Assembly (NCBI GenBank): GCA_030770535.1 | Contig: JASVEC010000010.1 | Coordinates: 310,001 to 374,000, forward strand | Length of the DNA stretch: 64,000 nt | Direction of reading: 5' to 3' | DNA from: Batkoa obscura | Lineage: Eukaryota | Shown here: positions 39,435 through 52,670 of the stretch, piece after piece | Layout: the number at the start of each line of letters is the position of its first letter | Position numbering within the stretch: position 1 is the stretch's first letter | The notes under the pieces: model-generated | Databases searched by the model: none | What the model saw: the letters and a program-made list of their open reading frames with translations, nothing else | Told to the model about the DNA's origin: nothing | Made by a program: the position numbers and the translations under genes

Positions 39435-42400
39435 ATGAATCAAATTGTAAAGTAAGTAAAACGAAAACCCAATTAAGAATAATAAGAAACTCAATTAATA
39501 TTCCATTATATCTAGTTATTTTCAAACATTGTATGAAAAAATGGTTACTATCAATACCATCTCTTCCGATCAACAAAGCCCAAATTTTGAACAATTTAAA
39601 ACAGTAGGTAAAAAATGGATTCCGCTTATCTATTATCAATTAATGTTCAAACCATTCCATACTAAAATTAGATTGGGTTTATGATTTAAACTTATCCCGA
39701 CAACGTCGAAAGCAACTCCAAAATTATTTTCAAAATGGTCATTTAAGTTCTCAAATAGTTTATTTTTATGAAGCAGCTCAATCTTGGATTGTGGTATTAT
39801 TAGTAGGTAAGTTATTGTAGAATTAAAGCTAAACACCAAATTTCAAACATTCAAAAAAATAATGAATATAATATACAAGATGTAATTAAGAACAATCAAA
39901 AGATTTAATTATCAATCTCAATATATATTGATAGTTTGTTTTAAAAACTAGGTGTTGCAATAGGTTCCTGTGCTGCCTTTATTGATGTTTCTGCTGGTTG
40001 GCTAGTTGACTTAAAATTAGGTTATTGTCAATCTCATTGGTATTTTAATCGCAAATTTTGTTGTTGGAAAAATGAAGATAATGGTATTTTAGTTTAATTA
40101 ATTAATAATAAATATTAATAATAGTAGTATTATATATATTATCCTATTATTTCTTATTTAAATTAATTATTAATGATATATATTAGATGGAAACTGTTCT
40201 GATTGGCAACAATGGGGTTATCATGGAGCAGAAATTACTAGTTTGGGTGTATTAGTCAATTGGTTATTTTATTTATGTATTAGTGTAAGTTAGCTGTCTT
40301 TTTTTAATATCACTATCATAAAAAAATCGAAATTACATTAAAGTATATTAAAAATCAATTTCAACTATAGACTACTTTAGCTTTTTTAGCTACATATCTA
40401 GTTAAATCGTTAGCTCCTACTGCTTCCGGTTCGGGTATTCCTCAGATTAAAAGTATATTGGGTAAATCATTAATCATCAATCTATATTCAATTTAAACTT
40501 ATTAATCTTCTATTATTATTATTATTATTATTAGGTGGTTTTATATTACCCAATTTCTTAGGAAAATCCACTTTATTAATTAAATTAATATCTTTGGTAA
40601 ATTCATTATTAAATATTCTTATTTTGTTAAAATAAAATATTAATTTTAATGCATTTTTAGATATTAGCTGTAAGCTCTGGCTTATCCTTAGGTAAAGAAG
40701 GTCCCTCCGTTCATTTGGCTTGTTGTATTGGTGATATGATATCAAAATGCTTTGCTAAATTTAAAAATAATCATGGTAATATAATATAAATAATAATAGT
40801 ATATTTATATGATTATTTTAGCCAAAAATCGAGAAATATTATCGGCCTCTTCAGCAGCGGGAGTAGCAGTAGCTTTTGGATCACCAATTGGAGGTGTTTT
40901 ATATTCATTAGAGGTAATTTTTGATATATATATTATCTATTTATCAAATTTATTAAATCAGTTAACAAATTAATAATAGGAACTAAGTACTCATTTCCCA
41001 ATGAAAACATTATGGCGTAGTTTTTTTTCTGCTTTAGTAGCTACGGTTATATTACATGCATTTAATCCTTTTCGCTCGGGTAAAATTGTGTTATTTCAAG
41101 TGGCTAACGATAAGGCTTGGAATGGGTTTGAAATATTATTTTTTAGTTTCATTGGTTTATTTGGGGTAAGTTTTAAATTTTAAATAGAATAGAAATAATA
41201 GAAATAGTTATTATATTATTATATTATTATATTATTGTTTTTATTCTTATTTATTTATTTTCTATATTTTAGGGCATTTATGGAACTTTAGTGATTAAAT
41301 TAAATTCATTTGTAATGAAGTTCAGGAAGAAATATTTGAAAAATTATAAAATATCAGAAGTAGTAGTTTTATCTTTTTTGACTACTTGTATTTGTTATCC
41401 AAATATATTTTTAAGGTAAAAATATTAAAAATATTAAATTAATATTATTTATTATTTATTTAGAATTGATATGTCCGAATCTATGTCCATTTTATTTAAA
41501 GAATGTCAAGAATTAAGGTTTCCTGCATTGTGTAGGTAAACTGAGTATTATATATATGAAAATATATATATCATTAATTTTCATTAAACCTTTAGTGCCA
41601 ATTCCGATATATCAATAATATTGACCTTATTAGCTGCATGTTTAATACGTACTTTATTAGTAGCTATTACTTATGGTTGTGAAGTAAATAATTGTTTTCA
41701 CTATTTTTTAATTAATTAATTCAATTTTTTAATAATAAATTAAGGTACCAACGGGTATATTTATACCCTCTATGGCTATTGGAGCCTGCTTTGGTAGAGC
41801 AGTGGGAGTTTTTGTTAAATATTTATCAATGTAAGTTATTGTTTATTTATTATTAATATGAAATAGGATTCAATATTTATTTAGTACTTTCCCAAATTGG
41901 TGGTTGTTTTCTTCTTGTACTTCTGGGTCTTCAGTAATGATTAATTATTAGTTATTGTTATTCTATTTTATTGTTGAATATTATAGAAATGTATTAATCC
42001 AGGTACTTATGCTTTTCTTGGAGCAGCAGCAGCTTTATGGTAATAACAATAATACAATATGACTATTTGTTTAATAATTGATGATAACTAATTAAATAAA
42101 TATTAGTGGTGTAACTAAAATGACAGGTAAAATTCAAAAAAGATTAAAACAATAATCAAAATAAAATAGTAATCGTATTGCTTAAATTAGTTACCGTTGT
42201 TGTAATCATGTTTGAATTAACAGGAGCATCTGAATTTATATTACCAACTATGATTACAGTATTTGTAACTAAAGCGGTGGGTGATGCATTTAATCATGGT
42301 GGTATTGCAGATCATGCTATCCAATTAAATCATTTCCCATTTTTAGAAGAAGAAGATGCACATTTAGGTAATATCCCAGTGGCTCAAGTTATGTGTAAAA

Positions 42401-43082
42401 ATTTAAAAGCTATACCAAAAAATGGTTGGAAATTATATCAATTAGGTAAACTATTATTATTATTATTATTATTATTATTAAATTAATTTTATTATAGAAA
42501 ATTTAATAAAAAATGAAGAATTTACATATTACCCTATTGTTTATGGTATAAGAGATTATCGTATTGAAGGTTTAATTGCAAGAAATGATATACTAAAAGT
42601 ATTAGGTAAATTTAATAATATTAGTTTTTATTCATATTAATTATTTTATTATTTTGTTACTATTATCTTAGATCAAAACAAACAATTAAATCAATATAAT
42701 CCAAATGCCCATTGTTTTTTTAGTCCATCTATTACACAGTCAATTGATTTTGAAGAACCAAATATTCCTTCCATAGCTAATTCGACTTCATTAGATTTTG
42801 GGCCTTTAGTGGATCCAGTAAGCATTCTATTAATATTAATACTTAATATTAAAATTTTATTTAGAATCCATTTTTAGTTCATCCTAAATTATCTTTAGAA
42901 ATTATTCGTACTTTTTTTCGTAAAGTGGGGTAATAACTAATTATTTGATTATATGATATTTTTTTATCTTTATTTTTAGGCCTCATTTATTATTAGTTGA
43001 GTTAAATGGTAATTTAGTAGGATTAGTAACTAAAAAAGATGTGTTAAATTTTAAATTAATGTTGGAGTCTAATTCATCTTAA
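39435..43082 (+). CDS. CLC chloride channel/antiporter (Gef1/ClC-3-like) with CBS domains, ~20 introns
   Basis: [63 protein letters not shown] and the CBS motif LVGLVTKKD. Confidence 0.92.
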
Positions 43083-44286
43083 TAAAAGAAGAAATTATTA
43101 ATTAATTGAGAGACAAAAATTTTAATATATATATATAGTTCCATTTGCACTTTGGTTATTTATTGTTAAAATTAATATAATAATAAATCTATCGATTGAA
43201 ATTATTGTTTTATTTTATAATAGAATACAAACTTTAATTATTCTTTTCTTTGTTTATTTTTACTATATGTTCTTAAACTTTTTATTTTAAATAAAATCTT
43301 AACTTCAATTTTATATCAAAAAGGAAGATAATGTTTGATTCAGAATATGTGAATAATTCAACTATTTAATAAAAATTCAAGTGTTTACTTAAAAGTTCGT
43401 CTTATCAAACAGAGTTGTCGACTAATATAAAAATGATTATAACCTTATACATTATTTCATTATTATATGAAATACTAAAATTCAATAATAACTTATCTCA
43501 AGATTTGTAATAAAATAAATTTCACTTTAATTATCTGACTATAGAAGATTCAATAAAATGGAGTTGGGTTTTCTCTCTACCTTCTATAAACATTTTACTG
43601 ATAAATGATTATCTCTCTTAAGTTGATTTTGTTCAATAATTAATCTATTTATTGAAAACATGAGTGCAATACTTGGAAATTCTATTTATTAGTTTTATTA
43701 AAACAATTAAATATTAATTTCATTAATTTGATCTTAAAGTTAAAATAAATAATGATATTTAAAACTTCATCCTTCAGGAACTTCCAATTAATTATTAAAA
43801 TTTTGAATATTTAAAGTGACAAATGAGAGATAGATTCAAACTTAGAAATACAAATTATTGTTACAATTGAACTGGACGAAAATTCAAATACCTTTTTATA
43901 GTATCACTCAATGAAGCACTTAAATAATAAGATCAATAATTAGTAAAGTAAGGAAATGAGCTAAAATGGAGATGTTATATGATAAAGGATAAACTCTTAT
44001 TTTAAGTGGTAGAATAAAGATGAACAATATCGAAATTTAATTTTATCAAATTAAATATTTTAAAAGTATTGTCTTACAACAAAGAATGAAAGTGTAGGAC
44101 CAACTAACCTTGTATTCATTCTACAAATCATTATTTAAAATCCAACCAGAACTACTTAAAAATCAAAACAAATCAATTAAAAGAAATTTAAACCAAATTA
44201 TAATATATATTTATTTATTTAATAATATATATTATACATACCAAAATTTAATAAGAAAAAAGTAGATTAATACCTTTCAATATCAC

Positions 44287-44916
44287 TTAATGAGAAGGAA
44301 GTTTATTGACGCCTTTCATAAAATCCACAAAAGGTTTTGAAGATTTTCTATCATTGGAATCAATGACAGCGGAAGCAGAACCACGATAAAAGGGGATTGA
44401 ATCTGGAGTAATATTAAGTCCAGTAAGCATATCTTTAGTAGTCAATTCGGCTAAATCAATTTGATCTTTATCTTCTGTTAAATCAACTTTGTTTAAAAAT
44501 ACAATCATGTTTTTAGTATCTTTTAATTTAGCACTCACGGCCTTCAATTGTTCTTTTGTGTTTTCCCCAGAACATTCCACTGCATCTACTACTAATATAA
44601 CTCCATCAATACTTTCTTGAGTATTTTGAATAAAATCCATAAATTCATTGTGATTAGGGAAATCATATAACATTAAATTTAGCTTATCACTTTCAATATC
44701 TACTTTAGAAAAATTCACTTGAATTTTATCACCATCGGATGTCTTTATCTTTTGGGTATCAGTATCTTCAATTTCATCTAATGGAGTAGCTTTATTCACG
44801 CTTTTAACTGCTAATATTTTGGATAATGCAGCAGTAAACGTTGTCTTTCCGTGAGCTTCTTCTCCAAGTACTAATAATTTTAGGGATTTTTTCTTTTGAC
44901 TACTGGCAATGGGCAT
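44287..44916 (-). CDS. Stand-alone EF-Tu-like G-domain protein (no domains II/III)
   Basis: Intact 209-aa ORF collinear with EF-Tu domain I: GEEAHGKTTFTAALSKILA, DFPNH, DGVILVVDA, MIVFLNKVDL and PFYRGSA. Confidence 0.85.
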   Translation of the reverse strand: MPIASSQKKKSLKLLVLGEEAHGKTTFTAALSKILAVKSVNKATPLDEIEDTDTQKIKTSDGDKIQVNFSKVDIESDKLNLMLYDFPNHNEFMDFIQNTQESIDGVILVVDAVECSGENTKEQLKAVSAKLKDTKNMIVFLNKVDLTEDKDQIDLAELTTKDMLTGLNITPDSIPFYRGSASAVIDSNDRKSSKPFVDFMKGVNKLPSH

Positions 44917-45250
44917 ATTCTGTTTGGTTTTTTAAATAATAAAAGTTAATAGTTTACTCTGTTTATTTTCTTTTTTTCTTACTTGTAACTCTTTAGGTTT
45001 TTCTGTTTATATACTTTTTTTTGAACTTACGTTTTTTTATTCAATTGTCAACGTAATAAAGCAGTCACATTCTTGAGTATTCAAGTTATTAAAATGCACA
45101 TTATTGGTTAAGTTTCCCCATGGTTTTAGATTTCTTGTTTCAGAAATATCAAGCCATCAAAGTCATTCGATGCTTATGATTTGAATAGTTATATCATTTT
45201 AATAAAAATAGAAGGATGTTAATAGTATGAGTAGATTCTATTATAATAAT

Positions 45251-45345
45251 GAAAATGTATTTTTTTGTTTAAGAATTTTACTAACAATCTTTCCAATAAA
45301 ATAATGTTTAAAATAGAAAAAGTAATGAAACAAAAGGCATTTCCT
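45251..45345 (+). mobile_element. MITE family A copy (degenerate)
   Basis: Core present, TIRs eroded. Confidence 0.65.
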
Positions 45346-48307
45346 TAATAGATTTCATATATATTATTGCTAATAAATTAATGTTAAAATATGTTTTAAA
45401 TTTGTTAACTTGGTGTCGCATTTGTTTCATTTCAAAACATTGACTAACTTATTCTTTTTTTATTTTGATTTTATATTTGCATTTTAATCTGATATCCAAA
45501 TGACTTCAAATATTCAAATTTAAATGATTTACTTTTATCAAATATGATCAAATAAAAGTTAATAACTTTTGTAAAATTATTAAAAATGATATTATATTAT
45601 ATTATATTATATTATATTATAAATTATCTTCATCAAACTTAATAGCTGCTATTTTTTATTTTCTAATATTTAATATTATCAGTTTTTAGAACTTAAAATT
45701 CTTAAACTAAAAACTAATTTATTGAACATTACAGCTTCCACCTTGAAAAAATCAAATAAACTATAGCTATTATTATATAATAATCAAAGGTAAGAAAACT
45801 TATTATTTTATTAACTAGTTATCAATCAATCAAATTATGTATGATTTTATATACTTTTATTGTTATTTAATACGTTGTTAGAAAACGTATTGATATGTTT
45901 TTACAAGTAGTAGCTAGTATAAGTTTCTGTCACACAATTTAATCAACTTGACTAATCAATAAAACTATGAAGACAGTTTTAACTAGTTTAATTACTTAAA
46001 GTTTCTTTAGTATAGTTCAAGCTAATTTGATAAACATAAAAAACTGCCCTCTTTCTATGTGTTAACAAACGAAATTTTTTATTTTTATACATTTTACTTT
46101 ATCGAAAAAAAAGTGGGCATTTATTACTTGTTTTTGAAATTAGATTGTTGCTTTTATTGAAATAAGTGATAACATGAGAAAATTGAAATACTAACATTTT
46201 GATAATAAAAAATAATAAATACTAGTTTTTTATTAAAATTGGGATCCACTGTTTGTATATTTATAACTAAATAATCAATTTATTATCTATAATTATCCTG
46301 TTATGACTTTGAACAATGATTTATCATTTAAATATTTTATAGATATTAGCTTAGTTAAGATGGGCCTTAAAGTGTAAAACATTATATAGATAAAAATGGA
46401 GCTATTTTATATAGTCTAATTAGATTCAGCCTCTAATATAACCTTTCTTCATCTTTTCTTATACTTTCATTAGCAGTTTTACAAAAAAACAAGCTAAAAT
46501 AAAGCAATTTTCTAATACATTACTTAAGTTTAATAACGGAGTTTTAACCATCATAATAATTTTCACTTTTTACCACTCCTTTTTTATTAAGATTTTCATA
46601 TCAAACAATCAATTGGACGGTTTCTTAACATTTAACAACTATTTTTATATAACTGTATAAATACTCGATCCCATTATTCTATTTCTTCGAATTTATCTAT
46701 TTGTCTATTCATCTTGAATTATAGAGCATTTACAATTAAGCATAAAAATTCATCATTTTGCTTTGTATTTTATATTTAATTAATAGAATATACCCTGTAA
46801 TTATTCAATCAATTAGAAGTATTGAAAATATTCTATATCGTTTTTATTTATAAATAAAAAGGCAGTTTGATACTCATTAAGATACTATTAAGAAAGTTTA
46901 TTAAATAACCTTATTTTAAAATGTTATGTTAAAACTTAATAATACTGGAAAAATAATCATACTTTCTAAATATAGTAAAATAAGAGAATTTGTATTTTAA
47001 AGCACAAAATTGCGAGAAAACTAAATTGAAAAAGATACTTTTTGCAATTCCAACTTAGTTTTTAATTCAACTGCCATTAAAACAAATTAAATAATCAAGT
47101 TAACTTTAAATGTCCAATTTATAATTTAGGATCCACTATCCACTTATTAACATGATTCTTTTAACCTTCCAACCAATAACAGTTAAAAGAGATTTAAGTT
47201 CAAGTTCAATCTTCTTGTAAATTAGGTTCAACTAGTATTATTGCCTAATTAAAAAAAAATTGAAACCTAAGAAAACTTCAGAATAAACTATACTACTCTA
47301 ATTTTAGAACTCATTGAAAATATGGTTAAATATCTAAATTTTATTAAGCTAAATATTCAAATAGGTATCATTTAACTGCTTATTCTTTTTCTTACTTTGG
47401 GTATAGTGAGAACACAAAATATTCATAGATTGCTGTGTTTTGCAATTATTGATTATAAAATAAATAAAATAAAATAAAATAAAACAATTCAATAGCCTAA
47501 AATCTTAGATATGTAAGGATCATTTTTCAATGTATTAAAAACTAGTTTATAAATAGATCAATTCACAAATGACTTTATAAAATCGTTTGAATTGAAGCTT
47601 ATTATTATCCCTGATTATTTGATGATTATTTTAACTTAGGATATTAAAACGAATCATTTTAATCTGAAAGAATATTAATCTTAAACAATTTGAAGTTAGT
47701 TAACAATTTCTTAAACTATTTTATTTAGATAAACTTAATAATCAAAGTGATATATTTCGATTTCTTTTATTAAATAGAACTATCTTTTTATTGAAACATC
47801 GTTTTGATGCTGTACTTCATTGTTTATTCTTGAGTTTGAATTCTTTAATTCACATAATACTTTATTAGCTTCAAATTAACGAATCAAATTAAATTGTTAC
47901 TTTAGTAAAGTTTTTTCAGCTATTTTTAGGGAAAAATAACAAATGGCAACTTCAGGGTAATCAACAAAAGAACGTTTTGTTTTGAAGTAGTTTTGGTTAA
48001 TAAGTTTAACCAAAACGATTTATTTAGAATATAAAAAACAAGGGAGATTTCGATTCATTCTAAAGATTATAAATTTAAGGATAAAATAAGTAAAGGTGTG
48101 ATGAACAATATGATCTTAACGAACATTGTTGATTTCTAATAATACGTGTTAAAATGTAAAAAAAGTGTTCAATTACAACTTAATTTAGTTAAAATCCATT
48201 TGACTATATCAAGTTGATGAATGTCTTTTCAAACTGACAATACTAATTTCGTGTTTTTTATTATTATAATTTTTATTTGATTTATTTATAATGTGTAACA
48301 AGTCTAT

Positions 48308-48387
48308 TTTATATTTTATATTATATATTATATATTATATATTATATATTATATATTTTATATTATATATTATTTTATTTTATTTTA
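48308..48387. repeat. AT-only microsatellite (ATATATT/ATTTT)n
   Basis: Pure A/T tandem units. Confidence 0.7.
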
Positions 48388-48845
48388 AAATATATATGAA
48401 AATAATTATTAATTTTATACATTTAAATTAAAATAATAAAGTTTTATTATGAAGGAAGAGGTGAAATTCAATTCATTTTATGTTGTTTCAAAATTAAAGT
48501 TTAAACATTATGTTTTAAGTAAGCAGTAATTATTATTTAAGTGAATTGAAATCTGAATCAATATTCAGTTATAATTGAAATTCATTATTATATATTATTA
48601 AGCGTATTATGTTATTCATGTTTTAATAGCTATTATTCATTTTCTTTTGTTGATAATTTTTTAATTGATCATGATCTAATTTTATTTTCATGGTATTTGA
48701 ATATGATATTTGTTGATTTTAATTCTACTTACAATTAGCACCCAAACGTTATAAAAGTCAAGTTTGGAGTTAAAATTTAGTAAGCATGTGTTTAGGTTTT
48801 TTGAAATCATCTAAATATTTTCAATAACCAAATAATTCTAATATA

Positions 48846-49120
48846 ATTGGTTAATAGTTTAAACTAATTTTGTTTTATTGGTTGCTTTTATTTCCTTATC
48901 TTCAGTTAAAGCCTCAAATCAATAAAAAGCCAATTAACAATGATGGTAAGATGATCGTTAAAATCAACTTATAAAGCCAATAGTATTTAGCCATTTAAAA
49001 CGATTCTCCCCAGAAATTCATAAATATTGGTCATTGATTGGATAATATGAAGAATAATCCATCATTAACTAGTAAAGTATCCCTAACCAATAATAGCAAT
49101 AAATCCAAAAAATATAAATA
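48846..49120 (+). promoter_or_regulatory. Cluster of seven CCAAT boxes followed by a TATA box
   Basis: CCAAT/ATTGG at 48846, 48877, 48930, 48977, 49026, 49037 and 49087; TATAAATA at 49113. Confidence 0.55.
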
Positions 49121-49394
49121 GAATGGGTAGAGAACCCAAATTTAAAAAAGTTTTATCTTTTAATTCTAATCTAATATTTTTATACTAATTTCATTCCCCT
49201 TATAATTTAAAACAATATCAATTGATTAATTTGTAAATTACATTAACCTCCTTTAACCTAATTCATCAACCTTTATTAGAAGTATATAACTTTACGTATT
49301 TTTAAATAATTTTTCAACAAAGAGAGATTCAATTCGATACAATCTCTTTTCTCAGTTTATGTATATTTGGTTATAAATAATAATAATTTTAAAA

Positions 49395-49934
49395 ATGATA
49401 AGTTTACTCGGCTGCGCCGAAACCGTATTAGCTAATTCAACTCAAAAGCATCTATCTGTACATGAAATTTTAGATGGAATTATGCAATCCGATTTTGATA
49501 ATTTAACGAGTAATAATGCTTATACTACATTAGCCTCAGCACTATTTACAGAAATTCAAAAACCTGGTTCTAAGTTTGAAAGAAGTGGAAATAAGTTTAC
49601 ATTAAGAAAGGATCAATCAACCCCAATGAATCAAACACCTGATATTACCTTATGTAATCGTAGGCGTAGACGTACCACTTCTTCTTCAAATGGTTCCTTT
49701 TCTTCACCTAAACTAATTTCCGAATCAAATGGTTTAGTTAAATTATCGACATCTACTAACCCACCAAATCGAGTACGTGCTAACCTTAATTATTCAAAGG
49801 TAGCTGCTCATAATGAGCCAATAGTGCGTAGTAATGTAAAAGGCAAGAAAAAAGTTAGTTTTGCATTAGAACGAAATGAAATAATACTAGTTGAAAGGTA
49901 TGTTAGCGAAGTACTACCATTCCCATGTTTGTAA
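49395..49934 (+). CDS. HARE-HTH-like winged-helix protein with a C-terminal RVxF motif
   Basis: The N-terminal ~72 aa (CAETVL...LSVHEIL..I...TTLASALFTEI..SKFER.GNKFTL) follow the HARE-HTH pattern; then RRRRR and KKKVSF. Confidence 0.7.
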   Translation: MISLLGCAETVLANSTQKHLSVHEILDGIMQSDFDNLTSNNAYTTLASALFTEIQKPGSKFERSGNKFTLRKDQSTPMNQTPDITLCNRRRRRTTSSSNGSFSSPKLISESNGLVKLSTSTNPPNRVRANLNYSKVAAHNEPIVRSNVKGKKKVSFALERNEIILVERYVSEVLPFPCL

Positions 49935-50857
49935 AAATATTATTTATTATCACATAATTATGTTATATAAAATTAATTTTATAAAATTAATAGAATCTTT
50001 AATATCACACTTCATCCTCCCTTCATTTTTTAATTTGTTTATAATTTTTTAAAACTAATAAATCATTTTATCATGTACCTCTTTTAATTCTCTAATCTCT
50101 TATATTTAACCGCTTTTAATTTTGTGAAATTATTTAAATAAGCAGAAGCCAAGCAATTATTAGGTAATAAAAGTTCTTTTGACGTTTTTAAATTATTTCA
50201 TCTTGCCCAGTTTGAAGATGGGTAATTAACAACATAATACCAACATGATTCAATTCGAAATCATAGCATAAAAACAAAGACAAATGATAATGCATTAAAA
50301 CAACTTTTATACCCAACCTTGTTTTAATTAAAAGTGAAAGATAAATAAACTAGTAACAAAGATGTTTATAAAAAAAATTAAAAATATCGGTTCAATTTAG
50401 GGAGGAATTTTTAATTAATCAATATAAAGATACCCTTGATGATATGGAATGTGTGGAAGTTGAATTAATTTTATTTAAAAAAAGGGAGTTGTGGGCTTCC
50501 ATAAGAAAAACAATTGCTCAAAACAATATTAAAAGTTTGCTGCTACCAGCTTCCAAAGAAATTGAAGAAATACAGATAATGCCGATAATTTTAGAAATAA
50601 AGTTAATTAGACTTAATCTAAGTTTTCATAAACTGGGCACTGAAAGGTACCCAAAGTAAGATTTTTATTTATTGATATGAGATCTACAATGACTGGTGGA
50701 ATCATAGTAACTCAAAGTCCAGTTCTTCAATCGATTTTTATTCCTTTGGACAGTCAAATCTTCTTTGGCACCCTATTATTGTTTATTAATGAAATTATGG
50801 CAAGATTATATTCTTTAGTTATTGTACATATACGTTTGTTTTATAATCGCTTGTAAA

Positions 50858-50985
50858 CAATACTTATAATATTCAATACTTATAATATTCAATACTTATA
50901 ATATTCAATACTTATAATATTCAATACTTATAATATTCAATACTTATAATATTCAATACTTATAATATTCAATACTTGTAATATT
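50858..50985 (+). repeat. Minisatellite, 8 x 16 bp (CAATACTTATAATATT)
   Basis: Seven perfect units plus one with a single mismatch, head-to-tail with no spacers. Confidence 0.95.
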
Positions 50986-52583
50986 TAACAATCACAACAT
51001 CATTTTTAAAACAAATTAAATAATTAAATTAGATTAATTCAAATTTTAAAATGCTCACTTCTAAGTTCGAAAATTTACGAACTTATTTATTGAACATTTA
51101 AAATTGTTTTTACTTTTCTTTAGTTTATAGATTGAATTATGAATTTGACATTCATATTATATACCATCATCTTTTGGTAAAATAGTAGCCACTTAAATTA
51201 ATTGCCTTAAACTTAGCTAACTACTAACTGCGGGTATACTCTTAAAGTTGAGATGAAAACAAAATTAAATTATTTAGAATCAAGATAACAAAATTGGGAC
51301 TTTAATAATAATATGTTTTAAATAAAATCATTATACTTATTAGTTACTTTTTTGTATTTTTTTTGTATTAAACAAGTATCTAAACTTTTAATATTATAGA
51401 GTATATTGGCCTTTCATTTTTATCTTCAATCTTGTTATTTGTCTATAAAAATTTATATAAAAAGGAAACTAAAGCCGATTTTTAACCTATCTTTTTTAAA
51501 AAAACCTTGCAAACTTCTAAAACTCTGCTTAAATTAATGTAATTCTAGTTTACCCTCCTTTTTCCATAACCTGTTAGCCCTTTACTTTTTATATTTATGT
51601 TTTTATCAAATACTTTTAGAAATAAAGAGTTTAGATGTATTTATATTTTTTAAATTTCAAAATAAAAAATTCAAACATTTATTAATTATTATTTATATAT
51701 CATTTTAAATCATTTTGATATTAAAATTAAATATATTTATAATTTATACATAATTAGTTGAAATTTTTTATTCAAATTTGGTATAAAATTTTTAATTTTT
51801 AATTGTAAAAAATATTGTTTATATCTTAATATTAATATTAATATTAACAACTATAATAAAAAATTAACTGTTAGTATATTGTATATATATAGCACTTTAA
51901 TATGAAATACAAAAAACTTTTTATTATAATATTTTTTCAAAATTTTATTATGCCTAATTTAATAAACCTATTTTATTTTTTATATTATTTTTATTAGTTT
52001 TTTAAATATATTATTTTTAATATAATGTGAAATATGAAATATCGCTTTGTCAACCCCATGGTTAATTATAGTATAATAATCGGCTAAGCTATTGTGTTTT
52101 CGATTTTAGAGACAATTAATCCCACATGCTTTTATTTTGATTTCCTATGAGAATTTCTATCTTCGTCTCAAAGAATATTATCCTCTCGTTTTGATATCTA
52201 TATTTGTCGGAGTATAAAAGAGATTCTAAAACATAGTAGCTAGAGGCTTTTTAACTGAATTATTCCCTGATATCTCGAGCATTTAATAAAGTCAATAAGT
52301 TTTCTTAATAGTATTTTACATAGATTTTACATTAGCATTGTCTATTCTATTTGTCTTATATAGTCTGTAGCCTATTACGTGTTATTCTCCATAATTTAAG
52401 TCTATCTTAGTTACATAAACTAAGACCTTTCGACTTATAGTGTAGTCAACCAGGCAGTAACTGTTTTTGATTCCAATCACTGAGTACCAGATTTTACAAT
52501 CACTTTTTTTTTATTTATAAATCAATTTTAATTATTAAAACTAGGATTTTTTAATCTATATAAAATATTATAGTCTATTACAT

Positions 52584-52668
52584 GGGGATGTATTTTATGT
52601 CTAACAATTTTTCCGTCCAAATAGGGCTTAAAAATAGAAAAAGCAATGAAACCAGAAAAAACATCCCT
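52584..52668 (+). mobile_element. MITE family A copy (internal deletion)
   Basis: GGGGATG...CATCCCT. Confidence 0.8.
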
Positions 52669-52670
52669 AT

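Noticed and set aside
42298..42345. Missing central Tyr in the CLC (GIADHAI)
   Set aside because: GIAD at this position is usual in fungal Gef1-type CLCs.
50444..50659. 71-aa ORF
   Set aside because: No recognisable motif or splice continuation; at most a decayed fragment.
50858..50985. Tandem repeat as CRISPR or telomere
   Set aside because: No spacers, not G-rich, and internal.
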